Positions 1 to 10,774 of a stretch of DNA of 64,000 bases are shown piece after piece; positions within the stretch are counted from its first letter, which is position 1; every line of letters begins with the position of its first letter. This DNA is from an uncultured Chloroflexia bacterium (lineage in GTDB: Bacteria; Chloroflexota; UBA6077; JACCZL01), in NCBI GenBank assembly GCA_963765765.1, contig CAVXYC010000019.1, positions 1 through 64,000 of the forward strand. The letters are read 5' to 3'. The notes under the pieces were generated by a model. That model had not been told where the DNA came from. It saw only the letters and a program-made list of their open reading frames with translations, and ran no database searches. A program made the translations under genes and the position numbers.

Positions 1-35
1 GGAGCACGCTTAGACGCTGCCCTGGCTACAACCGA

Positions 36-128
36 GCCGCATCCAGTGCGGGTGCGGTTCCTCTCAAGAACATTATCGCCCTCGGGCGGGGCATTCAAGC
101 AGGAACCGCATCCCGTGGGGGGTGCGGC
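36..128. repeat. Imperfect inverted-repeat pair (REP-like)
   Basis: GCCGCATCCAGTGCGGGTGCGGTTCCT (36-62) vs AGGAACCGCATCCCGTGGGGGGTGCGGC (101-128); each arm is itself hairpin-like. Confidence 0.55.
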
Positions 129-147
129 GGGTTTCGCATGAACATGT

Positions 148-2488
148 ATGGTAATGACGCGCCTTCGCGACCCTCCGAGGGGCTGCTCGTTAGACATAAT
201 GCTAAAAAGCGACGTGCTCACGGGCTACGCTCGCATTTCCCCTCCTCTGGAGCTCATCATTCGCACTCGCCTGGCTGCTATCGGCCTTTTGATCACTTTG
301 CTTGTCTCCTCGTCCCCGGTGGCTGCGCAGTCGGGGCAGCGGGATCCTCGGTTTGGCGTGGTGCAGGCGATCAATTCGCCTGACAAGGCCATGCAGGCGG
401 GGATTGGCTGGGAACGAATCATGTTCCCCTGGGCTGAGATCCAGCCGGGCTCAGCGAACGAGATGAAAGAAGGCTATTACTCCGACGCTCGCATCAAGGC
501 ACAGGCTGCTCGGGGTATCACGCAAGTTGGCGTCATTGTCTATACGCCGGCCTGGGCCGCGGAGAATCCGGATAAGGGCTGGTCAGCGATTCCGAAGGGG
601 CTGGACAAGCCGCCGACCGATGCCCAGAACACATTCGGTAAGTTCGTCAACACGATCGCGAGCAAGTACAAGGGCACGGTTGACAACTGGATCATCTGGA
701 ACGAGCCGGACCTGATCGACCAGGATAAGGTCTCGCCCACCTGGTCCGGCACGGAAGCGCAGTTCTGGCAGCTTCAGAAGACGGGCTACCTGGCGATCAA
801 GCAGGCCAATCCAGACGCCAAGGTGATGATGCCCGGCTTCTCACACTGGCACGCTAAAGAGGCTGGGCTCCAGCCGTACTTGAAGCGTCTCCTCGATATC
901 GCCGCGGTCGACCCGACTTCGGCGCGGAACAACTGGTACTTCGACGGCGTGCCGACGCACGCATACGCGAACCCACTCAACTCGTTCGCGTTACCGACCA
1001 CTTATCGACGCATGCTCGCGGAGCGTGGGCTGCAGGACAAGGGCGTCTGGATCATTGAGTCCAACGCGGTACCGTGGGACGATCCCATCGGCGTGCTGCC
1101 ACGTGAGCCATGGCGGTCGTCGATGGATCAGCAGGCTTCGTATGTGATCGAAGCATTTGCTCTGGGCCTTGCCGCGAATATCGAACGCATGAGCATCTAC
1201 AAAATGCGCGACGAGTATCCCGAGGAAGGTCAAAATTTCGGTTTGATCCGCGAGGACGGCTCCGCCCGGCCTGCGTATACCGCGCTCCAGACTGCCATCA
1301 AGAATTTCTCCGGAGCGAAGAAGGCGACGTACACGTGGACCGGTAGCTCTAACCCGCCGTCGAACGCCGAGATCGATGCGCTTCTGGACTCCCGTGAAAA
1401 ACACTATCAGTTCATCTGGCCGGGACAGGTCAACCAGGTAGCGATGGAGCGCGACGGCGAACGCGTGACGGTCGTCTGGAACGTGGAGCGGCGACCGCTT
1501 GTTGGTGTTGTGACGGCCTCGGCGGCGAACAGCGAAGCTACGCTGCTCGATGCATACGGTCGGTCCAGCCCGATTAAGGCGGAGGATGGCGCGTACCGCG
1601 TCTACCTCTCCGAAGGGCGCGGAAACACCGAGCATCGCGATTCATCGCTGATGCTCGTGGGCGGGCGGCCATGGATCATCGTGGAGAAGCTGGGTAACAA
1701 CCCGCGCCCGAGTCAGCCGCCGAAGGTCGAAGAGGGATTGCGGTTCGAGAACGGCTTCAGCATCGCCAACGCGCAATTCGAGGAGTATTTCAAGCTGCGT
1801 GGCGGCAAGGATACCTTCGGCCTGCCCATCACCCGTGAGTTCGACCTCATGGGATCACCCACGCAGATCTACCAACGCCAGGTCATGCAGCTCACGGAAG
1901 AGGGCGGGGTGCGAACGCTCAACCTGTTGGACAATGAGCTCATGCCCTACACGCGCTTCAATGGTTCTATCTTGCCGGGACCAGACGACGGTCTCAAGTC
2001 CCAGACGCCGAGCGCGGCAGATCGCGACTATGCGGACAAGATGATTCGATTCGTGCGTGACAAAGCTCCAGACTCGTTCCAGAACAGGGCTGTGAACTTT
2101 GGTCAATCGTTCTTCAGCACAGTGAAGTGCGCGGACGCCTTTCCGAACGACAGGTGCCAGGAAGGCGTGCTTCCGCTGTTCAATCTGGAGGTCTGGGGTG
2201 CGCCCATCTCAGCGCCCGCGGCTGATCCTGCCAATGCGCGACTTCATGTACCAGCGATTCCAGCGCGGTGTGCTGCACTTCGACGTGAAGTGCGGCTGCA
2301 CGCAGGGCTTGCTTCTGGGCGAATACTTCAAGAGCATTATCACCGGGCAGGGCCTACCGCCAGACCTGGAAGAGCAAGCCAAGGACAGCCCGTACTTCAA
2401 GCAGTACGATCAGTCTCGCGTCCAGGGCATGAACCGTCCGGGCGCGCTGCTGCGGTCGAACTTCAAGGATGCATTTGATGCGCCGTGA
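148..2488 (+). CDS. Secreted clan GH-A glycoside hydrolase (GH39/GH5-like) with Chloroflexi-type C-terminal module; frameshift near 2236; true start probably downstream of 148
   Basis: Signal-like hydrophobic stretch ending VAAQ; WIIWNEPD acid/base motif and VWIIESN nucleophile motif; C-terminal RGGKDTFGLPITREF ... YQRFQRGVLHFD continues in ORF 2198-2488. Confidence 0.75.
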
Positions 2489-2582
2489 CGGCCGCAGTGA
2501 AGAGTTAAGAGTGGGGTTCGAGCATCTGGGTGCCTTCAGTCCTCATTCTTATCGCGTTACAGACACACCGTAGGAGGTCAGC

Positions 2583-2954
2583 GTGGATCTGGGCGCGTTC
2601 CAGTGAGTCTCACTGTGAAAGACATCGAGGCCTCGCGTCGATTCTATGAATTGCTCGGTTTCGTGCAGTTCATGGGTGAGATCAATCGCAGGGTTGGCTC
2701 ATCATGAAGAACGGCGACCACACAATTGGATTGTTCAAGGAAAGTTCGAGAAGAACATGCTCACATTCAATCCAGGCTGGAACGCGAATGCCGAGCAGGC
2801 CAGCGAGTTCACCGACGTGCGAGAGCTTCAGCGCCGACTCAAAGAACGGGGACTGGAGATGGTCACCGAGGCGGACGAAGGCTCCACCGGTCCGGCTAGC
2901 TTCATGATCGTGGATCCGGATGGCAATCCGATTCTGGTCGATCAACACGTGTAG
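2583..2954 (+). CDS. VOC/glyoxalase family protein (frameshifted)
   Basis: RBS AGGAGG then GTG; reconstructed MDLGAF.VSLTVKDIEASRRFYELLGF...KNGDHTIGLF...LTFNPGW...GPASFMIVDPDGNPILVDQHV. Confidence 0.8.
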
Positions 2955-3007
2955 GTCGCCGAAGCCGCGGCTCTCCATAGCGCTGCGATTTTGAGGGTCG
3001 GTAAATT

Positions 3008-3051
3008 GAAATGAAGAATGGGGACCGAGCTCGGTCCCCATTCTTCATTTC
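3008..3051. terminator. Perfect 44-bp palindrome between convergent genes; probable bidirectional terminator
   Basis: GAAATGAAGAATGGGGACCGAG|CTCGGTCCCCATTCTTCATTTC. Confidence 0.7.
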
Positions 3052-3072
3052 GGCATTTCTTACGCGGCCGGG

Positions 3073-3546
3073 CTAGTCTCCGAAGAACTTGCCCTCGACG
3101 TACTTCACGTCGCGGATGGCGCGCGTGAGGCCGTCATCGTCAGCCTGGGTGGCGAACTGGCGGGGGCTGTGGTCGATGCGGCGTTTGGGCTCGTTCTGGG
3201 CGGATGCGCCAATGCGCATGATGACCAGGTTCTCGGAATCGTCGGCGCTCTCGAACCAATACGGCGCCTCGCGCGGAATGACCAGGCCCTCGAATTTGCC
3301 CAGCTCAGCCACGACCTCGTCATTGGTGGTGTAGAAGCGAGCCTTGCCCCCCAGCACGATCCAGGTGGCGTCCTCACCGCCGTGCGCGTGCATGTTCGTT
3401 TCACCGCCCGAGGCGATGACCTGAACGCCAACGCTCAGCAGGTCAGTGCGCGCAAGTCTTGTGCTGGACTTGCCGAACTCCATGAGCTGCGGCTGGATCT
3501 TGTAGGTCTCGAACGTCTTCGTTCCTTGTTCCTGGGTCATGGCCAT
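3073..3546 (-). CDS. Cupin domain protein
   Basis: GGETNMHAHGGEDATWIVLGG cupin motif; RBS AAGGAG upstream of ATG at 3546. Confidence 0.8.
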   Translation of the reverse strand: MAMTQEQGTKTFETYKIQPQLMEFGKSSTRLARTDLLSVGVQVIASGGETNMHAHGGEDATWIVLGGKARFYTTNDEVVAELGKFEGLVIPREAPYWFESADDSENLVIMRIGASAQNEPKRRIDHSPRQFATQADDDGLTRAIRDVKYVEGKFFGD

Positions 3547-3593
3547 GATGGATGTCTCCTTACTGTGGTCCGGTATTAGATGTTTCCGCTGTT

Positions 3594-3629
3594 CCCTCAC
3601 CCCAGCCCTCTCCCAGGGGGGAGAGGGAG
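3594..3629. repeat. REP-like hairpin CCCTCACCCCAGCCCTCTCCC..GGGAGAGGG
   Basis: Related copies at 32528-32638 (paired) and degenerate at ~9185-9246. Confidence 0.65.
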
Positions 3630-3649
3630 CTTTTTCGTAGGAGAGGAGC

Positions 3650-3965
3650 CTATTCGCCCTCCAATCGGATGTAGATATGGCCGTCGCGCTCTTCCACTGG
3701 CAGGGTGTCCAAGTGGGGACCCTTGAACGGGTAGACGCACTGGCCGGTGCGGATTTCGAAGCTGTAGTTGTGGCCCACACAGTGGACCAATGGCGCCATC
3801 GATGTCGCTTGCCCAGAGCTCAAAGCTCTGGTGAGGACATACGTTAGAGAACGCCACGTACTCCCCATCGAGTCGAGTCACCAGAAACTGCTGGTTCCCG
3901 ACATCCACTTTTCGGGCGATCTCCGCATCGATCTCTCGCGGCGTGCCCACGGAAATGTGCCTCAC
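3650..3965 (-). CDS. Rieske [2Fe-2S] ferredoxin (frameshift near 3790)
   Basis: NVCPHQ ... HCVGHNYSFEIRTG = CxH...CxxH Rieske motif across two frames; GTG start overlaps the upstream TGA. Confidence 0.8.
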
Positions 3966-5679
3966 GCCCACGCGGGCACACCCGCCAACATGCTGGCGCT
4001 GCCGGCATAGGCGGATCCGCGCATGCACATGACCGGGAAGCTCACCGGTCAGCGTGTCGTCCTCATAGATCACGGTGCCGTTGACGATGGTGTAATGCAC
4101 GCCTTCCGACCGCTGGATCAGTCGACGCGTATCGGCAGGGTAGTCCTGAGCCCATTCAGGCTCGCACGCCTGAACGGTGGCAGGATCGAAGATCGTGACG
4201 TCTGCCGAGTAGCCAGGACGGAGCAGGCCGCGATCGCGGAGTCCGTAGATCGAGGCTACCTGGAAGGTGAGCTTGTGCACGGCCTCTTCCAGCGAGATCA
4301 CGCCGCGCTCGCGCACCCAGAGTGCTAGAAGCGTGGTGCTGTAGCCAAAGTCCACGCCGTATTGCACGTGCGCCCCCGCGTCGGACGTGCCAATGAGGAT
4401 GTGCGGGCTGCGCAGAATGGTGCCCATGGCCTCAGAGTCATCACGAGTATTCGATGTCCTGAAGGTGGTCTGGAGATCCTCCTCCAGCGAGAGATCCAGA
4501 AAGGCGCTGAGCGGGTCCTGCCCGCGACTCGCCGCCATCTCGGCCACACTCTTGCCCACGAACCGCTCGTTCTCGGGACGGGCGACCTTGTAGATCTGCA
4601 ACACGTCCCAGCGGCGATGGAAGTTCATGAGCCGCGGCTCGTCCCACTCGGCCTGAAGCTTTACCCGCGTTTCCGGGTCGGCGTACGCCTGGCGCCGCAC
4701 TGCCGGCGGCAGGAACGTCAGGTTCTTCCAGGTGCTCATCTCGTCAAACACCTGCGTGTCGGCGAGCGTGAAGTAGCGAATCAGCGGAATCGAGTTGGCG
4801 AGGGCGAACGTCCGATTGCCGTTGGCGAACTCCGCGTCGAGCGCGGCAAGCTGATCCAGATAGCGTGTGGGCTCGGTCCAGCGCGGCTGTACGCTCTGCC
4901 ACAGCACGGGATGACGCGTGCGACGAGCGATCTCGCCGTGCCAGGCAACCTGAGCAGGCTGCTGCAGACCAACTGTCTCAACCACGCCGCAGTTCAGCTC
5001 GCCGAGCGTATCGGCGATCCCGAACACCTCGTCGTCATTGGCCAGTCGGCTGGGCACCGGCTTGCCATCCTCGCGCATATGGCGCGAGTTCCGGTTCGTG
5101 GAGAAGCCCAACGCGCCGCCCCGTAGCGAATCCGCCACGAGCGACTTCATCTGCTGGATCTCGTCCTGCGTCGCCTCGCGCTCCACGGATTCCTCGCCCA
5201 GCACGTACTGGCGAATGGCCATGTGACCCACAAGGCCGCCGACGTTGATGCCGACCTTGCCTTCGAAACCGTCGAGGTACTCACCGTAGGTATGCCAACC
5301 CCAGGGAACCCCCGCGGCCAACGCCGCTCGTCGGCACGGCCTCCACGCGTAGGAAGCAGCCCACCAGCGCATCGTGATCGTGCTCCTTGGTGGGCGCCAG
5401 CGTGAGCCCGCAGTTGCCCATGATGACCGAGGTCACACCGTGCTGCGGCTCCGAGGTGCCATAAGGGTCCCAGAGCATCTGCGCGTCAAGATGCGTGTGG
5501 TGATCGATGAAGCCTGGAGCAACGACGAGCCCATCAGCGTCAATCGTGCGGGTCGCGAAGCCGGTCAGGCGTCCGATGGCAACGATGCGACCATTGCGTA
5601 CGCCGATGTCCGCGGTGTAGCCCGGCATGCCCGAGCCGTCCACCACCCGGCCGTTCCGAATGAGCAGATCGTATTCCAC
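3962..5679 (-). CDS. N-acyl-D-amino-acid deacylase family amidohydrolase (frameshifts near 5330 and 4025)
   Basis: YDLLIRNGRVVDGSG, APGFIDHHTHLD, GNCG, SDAGAH, DRGLLRPGYSADVTIFDP. Confidence 0.85.
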
Positions 5680-5699
5680 ACCTTGTCCTTTCAATCGAA

Positions 5700-5733
5700 C
5701 GCCTGAGGAAGCGGCTGTCGCCTTCCTCAGGCG
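5700..5733. terminator. Intergenic stem-loop
   Basis: CGCCTGAGGAAG ... CTTCCTCAGGCG right after the SBP stop codon. Confidence 0.45.
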
Positions 5734-5739
5734 TTCACG

Positions 5740-6969
5740 CTACTTCTTGTTGACGACGTCCACGACCTTCTGCAGCCAGACATCCCCGGCTGGCGTGCCC
5801 GTCCAGACCTGATAGTCCTTTAATCGATTGAAGTCAGGAGTGTCCTTTTCATGGTAAACGGGGACGTCCAAGCGTCGAGTGGTCGCGAAAGGCGAATACT
5901 CCGAGGCGAATGCGTCCTGTCCCTCCTGGCTCAAGAACCAGTGGATGAAGAGTCTGGTTGAGTTGATATGCGGCGGGCTTTTGAGCGCGGTGAGACCCGA
6001 CGCGCGCAGGTATGCGCTCTGCGGCTCGCGAATCTCCTCGGCGTTCTTGCCGATCCCCTGTGCCTGGAATTCTTCGATAACCTCTTCATCCATGCCCATA
6101 GCAATCGGGTAGCGCCCGGTCACCATCCATTCAGTCGCCTGCCGTTTGGCCTCAACGATGACCATCTTCTGGTCGTCCAGAAGCGCGCGGATGAAGGACT
6201 CCCCCCGATTCGAGAGCATGGGCGCGAGGTCCTGCGCACCGCCCGTCGTCTGCGTCGGGTTGTAAATCGCGATTTTGCCCTTGAACTTCGGATCGAGAAG
6301 CTGATCGAAGGACGACAGCTCGCTCTGCTTGATGACGTCGCGGTTCACCCAGAAGCCGCCGGCCACGTTGAATGAAGTGATCAGCGAATCCTTGATGGCA
6401 GGATCGCGGTACTGCTCGAACCCGCCGGCCCACTTGCTGTCATCCTTCACATCGGCCGGAACGCCTTTGAGTAGCTCGGAGATATCGCCGGTTGCCTCAG
6501 CTGGTGCCAGAACGCTGCCCACCGTGTTAAAGCCCGTGCCCATCTGGATGTCCCAGGCGTAGATGCCGTTGCGCTGCTCGGTGATCACCTTGGGACCCAG
6601 GTCGCTAGCCTTGAAGCCCGAGTGCTGAACCTCGATGAAAGGATACTTTTCTTTGAACTTGGCGATGACTTTCTGCGGACCAGTGCCAGTGCCAGTGGCG
6701 ATTGCGAGAACGCCATCCTTGCGGGCCGCGTCAATGAGCTCGTCGAGCGCCGCGTTTGCTGTTTGTCCCGGAGCTTGCGCTGCCGGCGCGACGGGTGCCA
6801 CCTGGGCAGGTTTCGCGGGCTCAGCCGGTTTTGCCGGGGCTGGCTCAGCTTGCTTGGCCGCTGGCTCGGCGGGCTTGGCAGGAGCCTGCGGCTGAGAGCA
6901 GGCAAGTAGGAGCATGCTGACAATCGATAGCAGCGCGGGAGCGCGCATGCGCAAGGGACGGCCGGTCAC
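5740..6969 (-). CDS. ABC transporter substrate-binding lipoprotein (FbpA/AfuA-like)
   Basis: Lipobox LLAC, Pro/Ala tether, LLDPKFKGKI, PPHINSTRLFIHWFLSQEGQ. Confidence 0.85.
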   Translation of the reverse strand: MTGRPLRMRAPALLSIVSMLLLACSQPQAPAKPAEPAAKQAEPAPAKPAEPAKPAQVAPVAPAAQAPGQTANAALDELIDAARKDGVLAIATGTGTGPQKVIAKFKEKYPFIEVQHSGFKASDLGPKVITEQRNGIYAWDIQMGTGFNTVGSVLAPAEATGDISELLKGVPADVKDDSKWAGGFEQYRDPAIKDSLITSFNVAGGFWVNRDVIKQSELSSFDQLLDPKFKGKIAIYNPTQTTGGAQDLAPMLSNRGESFIRALLDDQKMVIVEAKRQATEWMVTGRYPIAMGMDEEVIEEFQAQGIGKNAEEIREPQSAYLRASGLTALKSPPHINSTRLFIHWFLSQEGQDAFASEYSPFATTRRLDVPVYHEKDTPDFNRLKDYQVWTGTPAGDVWLQKVVDVVNKK

Positions 6970-7041
6970 TGGGCACCTCCTCGAGTGTGGATGAAACTCG
7001 GAGTCGGACGAACTGGACAGACGCAGATGGCGTCTTTCTGC

Positions 7042-7070
7042 ACTATAGGTCCGAGTCGGGGGGACGTCAA
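7042..7070 (-). promoter_or_regulatory. Sigma70-type promoter for the SBP-deacylase-Rieske-cupin unit
   Basis: TTGACG-17 bp-TATAGT on the minus strand. Confidence 0.6.
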
Positions 7071-7126
7071 TGAAAAGTTCGGGACCAATTCCTCAGTGTA
7101 GCGGTGACGTTCGCGGATTGACGTAC

Positions 7127-7240
7127 GCAGCACGGGTCCTTGTGGCCTGTGCCTGAGGTGCGATCATCCGCGATTGCATGAGCGATTCACTGACGCAAGC
7201 CAACGGATTCCCAGGCACAGGCCACAAGGACCCGTGCTAC
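7127..7240. repeat. GTAG-type REP doublet
   Basis: 29-bp arms GCAGCACGGGTCCTTGTGGCCTGTGCCTG / CAGGCACAGGCCACAAGGACCCGTGCTAC (1 mismatch); related to 58581-58703. Confidence 0.75.
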
Positions 7241-7297
7241 AGGATTCTCTGATGTCTCCTCCTGGCTCTTGAGTCCATAAGAATCTAATGGACGAAT

Positions 7298-9040
7298 CTA
7301 TTGGCCACCTACGCCAAGCTTGAGTCCCAGCGCTCGCGCAACAAGCGCCACCCCAATGGTGAGGACCAGCAGGAACACGCCCACCACGGAGGCGGCTCCG
7401 TAGTTGTTGTCAGCCATGAGATTGAGCTGCAGCATGGAGAGCGGCTGATTGCTGTTGGTCGCCAGGAGGGCGATGGTGCCGGTGGTGCGCGCCGCAGCTG
7501 AAAATGCCACCACGCCGATCACCGCGATCGCGGGGGCTATCAGTGGCAGCACCACTCTCCGTAAGGTGTAGCGCCAGGATGCTCCCGAGGCCCATGACGC
7601 CTCCTCGAGCTCGGCGCCCAGCTGGACCAGCGTGCTCTTCACGAGCTGAGTCCCCAGGGTGATGCTCGCCAGCGCAGTCACCAGAATCAGCAGCCAGGTC
7701 GTGCCATACAGGGGACGGAGGAACGGTGTTCCCAGGAAAAGCCAGAGGAAGCCCAACCCCATGATGATCCCCGGAACGGTTGACGGCACCCACACGAAAA
7801 AGTCCAGAGTCCCGCGGGCGGCGTACTTGGTGCGCACAATGATGTACGCGATGACCGTGAACACCGCCATCCCGAGCAGCGACGTGCCACCGGCAATGAT
7901 GACCGTGTTCGTCAGCGCATTCATAAACACCGGGTTGCTGAGCACCGATGTCCAGTGCTTCATGGTCCAGGGCGTAGCGATCGTGAAGTAGCCGAACAGA
8001 TTCATGAACGTACCGGTAATGACCAACGCTACTGGCAGGATCGTCATGATCAGGACCATTCCAAAGATCACGGCGAAGATCGGCCAGCGCCAGGCTCCCA
8101 GCGGCTGAAGGTGTCCACGATATTTTCCGGAGAGCGTGGCGTGGCTACGGCGGCTGATATAGCGCTGCTGGAAGAGGATCAGCGGCAGCACCACGGCAAG
8201 GATGACCATGCTGAGCGCTGTCGCTACTCCATACTCCGGCGGCTCGCGTGTCGCGATGCGGTAGATCTTGGTGCTGAAGACGTCGAGCTGAGCGGGAGCG
8301 CCCAGAATGAGCTCGGTCTCGAATGCTTCCAGCGCGCGGATCGTGCTGAGAATCGTCACCACCAGCAGCGCTGGCGCCACCAGCGGCACCACCACGCGGA
8401 ACAGAGTGGCCACGGTACTTGCACCGGATGCGAGCGACGCTTCCTCGAGTGATGCGTCCAGATTTCGGAAAGCCGGCGTCAGGAGCATGATTTTGATGGC
8501 AATGCTGCCACTCAACAGGTGGGTCATCACGATGCCCCACCAGGTGAAGATGTCGAACGGCCCCTTCTCGATGAACGGCAGCTTTTCGAGAATCTGATTG
8601 GCGAGGCCGTTGTGACTGTCGAAGACCATGATCCAGCCCAGCGTCACGGTAAGCTGCGGCAGGAACACGCAGACCCAGAACCCAAACTCGAGCCAGTTGC
8701 GACCGGGCAGATCTGTGCGGGCGATGATCCAGCAAATTGGCACTGCGATGATGAGCGCCAGACCCTGTCTCGTGATCGCCAACGACACCGTATTCCACAA
8801 AGCGCCGGCCAAGTCAGGCTGGGTAAACGCGCGGATCCAGTTATCTACACCCCAGGTCGTCTGCCGACCGAACGGTCCCACCTCAAAGCTGTGGATGATG
8901 AGCAGGAGTACCGGGTAGACCACGAGGAACGCCACAATGGCAAGCATGATGGTGCACAGCATCGCGCCGAGCGAGAGCCTCAGCGGCGGGCGCCCCGCCC
9001 TGTTCAGGCGGGGAGAATCGGCGACTTCAACGGTGCTCAT
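7298..9040 (-). CDS. ABC transporter permease, FbpB-type with two fused domains
   Basis: Multi-TM; two EAA motifs (LEEASLASGA, LEEASWASGA). Confidence 0.9.
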   Translation of the reverse strand: MSTVEVADSPRLNRAGRPPLRLSLGAMLCTIMLAIVAFLVVYPVLLLIIHSFEVGPFGRQTTWGVDNWIRAFTQPDLAGALWNTVSLAITRQGLALIIAVPICWIIARTDLPGRNWLEFGFWVCVFLPQLTVTLGWIMVFDSHNGLANQILEKLPFIEKGPFDIFTWWGIVMTHLLSGSIAIKIMLLTPAFRNLDASLEEASLASGASTVATLFRVVVPLVAPALLVVTILSTIRALEAFETELILGAPAQLDVFSTKIYRIATREPPEYGVATALSMVILAVVLPLILFQQRYISRRSHATLSGKYRGHLQPLGAWRWPIFAVIFGMVLIMTILPVALVITGTFMNLFGYFTIATPWTMKHWTSVLSNPVFMNALTNTVIIAGGTSLLGMAVFTVIAYIIVRTKYAARGTLDFFVWVPSTVPGIIMGLGFLWLFLGTPFLRPLYGTTWLLILVTALASITLGTQLVKSTLVQLGAELEEASWASGASWRYTLRRVVLPLIAPAIAVIGVVAFSAAARTTGTIALLATNSNQPLSMLQLNLMADNNYGAASVVGVFLLVLTIGVALVARALGLKLGVGGQ

Positions 9041-9348
9041 GAAGAACTCCCGGATCGACGCGTCCCGGCCTCGGGAACGTCATGTCAGCTAGGGCCGTGG
9101 TAGATGGCAAGATTCAAGCGGTACGATTCCGCCTCTCATCTTTACCGCCTTTTCCGAATCGTGTCCAGCATTGAAAGCCGGCCCCGGAGAGAGGTGGTCA
9201 GGGTAGAGCCATGTCCCCAACCCGTGCCCCTCCCCCATCCCTCTCCAAAGTGCGAGCAGCCGCTTTACATTGCTTTACAGCGCGCGCTCAATGCGCAAAG
9301 ATTCAATGCATTGGCCACGAGTCAATACTAGGACTGAGGGAGACAATC

Positions 9349-10563
9349 ATGGCAGTTCGACCCGAATTCACTGCGCCCACGAGTGAGGAGACACCCGCCG
9401 GTCATCTGACATACAAGCGCTCGCATAGCCCGTATGAGCGGTTCGTGGAGTCCGAGGGCCTTCCAATCGTGCGCGGTGTGGGCGTGTATGACACCCGCGA
9501 GGTAGAGCTGGGTCAATGGGATCGCGTTGGCGGACGCGGCGCCTACCTTTTTCTGGACGGAATCGGCAGCCAGAAGGGGATGTACCTGGTCGAAGTGCCC
9601 GCGCGCGGCGAGCTCAAGACCCAGCGACACCTCTTCGATGAGTTCTATCTGGTCATCGAAGGCCGTGGGACCACTGAGGCGTGGAAGAATGGCAGCAACC
9701 GCAAGCACTCGTTTGAGTGGGCCACCGGATCGCTGTTCACCGTGCCTATGAACGCCAACTTCCGGTTCGTAAATGCTGGAAGCTCACCGGCTCTGCTTCT
9801 GGCGGCGAACAATTGCCCGCCACTCATGAACATCTTTCAGGACGCGAACTTCGTCTTCAATCCACCACTCGACGAGATGCCTCGCTTCGACGAGAGCGAA
9901 GACTTTTTCAAGCCGAAGACTGACCTTCAGGCAGACGAAGTTCGCGGCCGTGCCGCCATCGAGAGCAACGTCTTCCCGGACATCATTAATTGCGAGCTTC
10001 CGCTTGATAACCAGCGGGCGCCTGGCTACCGACGCATCCAGCCGTACTATCAAGGCTTCATGCGGGACGGCGGGACCGGCGGATTCATCTCCCAGTACCC
10101 AACCGGACGCTATTCCAAGGCGCACTATCACAATTCGGGCGCGGTGCTGGTGTGCTTGCAGGGCGAGGGATACTCGTTCAACTGGCGGATCGAGAACGGG
10201 CCGACCCCCTGGAAGGACGGCAAGGGCGACCAGGTCAAGATTCAGCCGTATAAGCAGGGCGGATTGGTGGCAGCCGCGCCGGGCGGCGGCCATTGGTTTC
10301 ACCAGCATTTCAGCGTGGGCGCCGAGCCCATGCGCGTCATCAACTACTGGGGAGGTCCCGATGGCCAATGGGGACTCGCCAATGAAAGTGAAGGCGAAGA
10401 CGTGAAGGCTGGCAACGTCTGGGGAATCGAAGAGGGCGGACGGACGATCAACTACTGGATGGAAGACCCGTATATCCGGGAGCTGTTCGCCAAGCGCCTT
10501 CGTGAGAACGGTGTCGAGCCGGACATGCCCGAGCGGCTGTACAAGCGGCCGGCTGGGAAGTAA
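9349..10563 (+). CDS. Bicupin protein (gentisate 1,2-dioxygenase-like fold), copy A
   Basis: QRHLFDEFYLVIEGRG; KAHYHNSG ... WFHQHF His motifs; RBS GAGG. Confidence 0.8.
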   Translation: MAVRPEFTAPTSEETPAGHLTYKRSHSPYERFVESEGLPIVRGVGVYDTREVELGQWDRVGGRGAYLFLDGIGSQKGMYLVEVPARGELKTQRHLFDEFYLVIEGRGTTEAWKNGSNRKHSFEWATGSLFTVPMNANFRFVNAGSSPALLLAANNCPPLMNIFQDANFVFNPPLDEMPRFDESEDFFKPKTDLQADEVRGRAAIESNVFPDIINCELPLDNQRAPGYRRIQPYYQGFMRDGGTGGFISQYPTGRYSKAHYHNSGAVLVCLQGEGYSFNWRIENGPTPWKDGKGDQVKIQPYKQGGLVAAAPGGGHWFHQHFSVGAEPMRVINYWGGPDGQWGLANESEGEDVKAGNVWGIEEGGRTINYWMEDPYIRELFAKRLRENGVEPDMPERLYKRPAGK

Positions 10564-10605
10564 AGACACCTCGAGACCGAGCACGACTCCAAACTGAAGT
10601 TTCCC

Positions 10606-10691
10606 TGTCATCCTGAGTGCAGCGAAGGATCTTCCCCACCGGTGTCCTTGATACTGGTGGGGAAGGTCCTTCGCTGCACTCAGGATGACAG
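10606..10691. repeat. Palindromic repeat CTGTCATCCTGAGTGCAGCGAAGGATCT...CCTTCGCTGCACTCAGGATGACAG
   Basis: Near-perfect long inverted repeat; second truncated copy at 12128-12199. Confidence 0.8.
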
Positions 10692-10774
10692 GGCGACTGC
10701 GAAACTGAGTGACATCCGGGAACGTTAAAGACGGCGCGAAAAGACCCGTGATCCAAGAAAGATAGGAAGTGACC

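Noticed and set aside
3597-5372. Apparent deacylase-Rieske fusion ORF
   Set aside because: An indel near 4025 joins the frames; correction gives separate genes with a GTGA overlap
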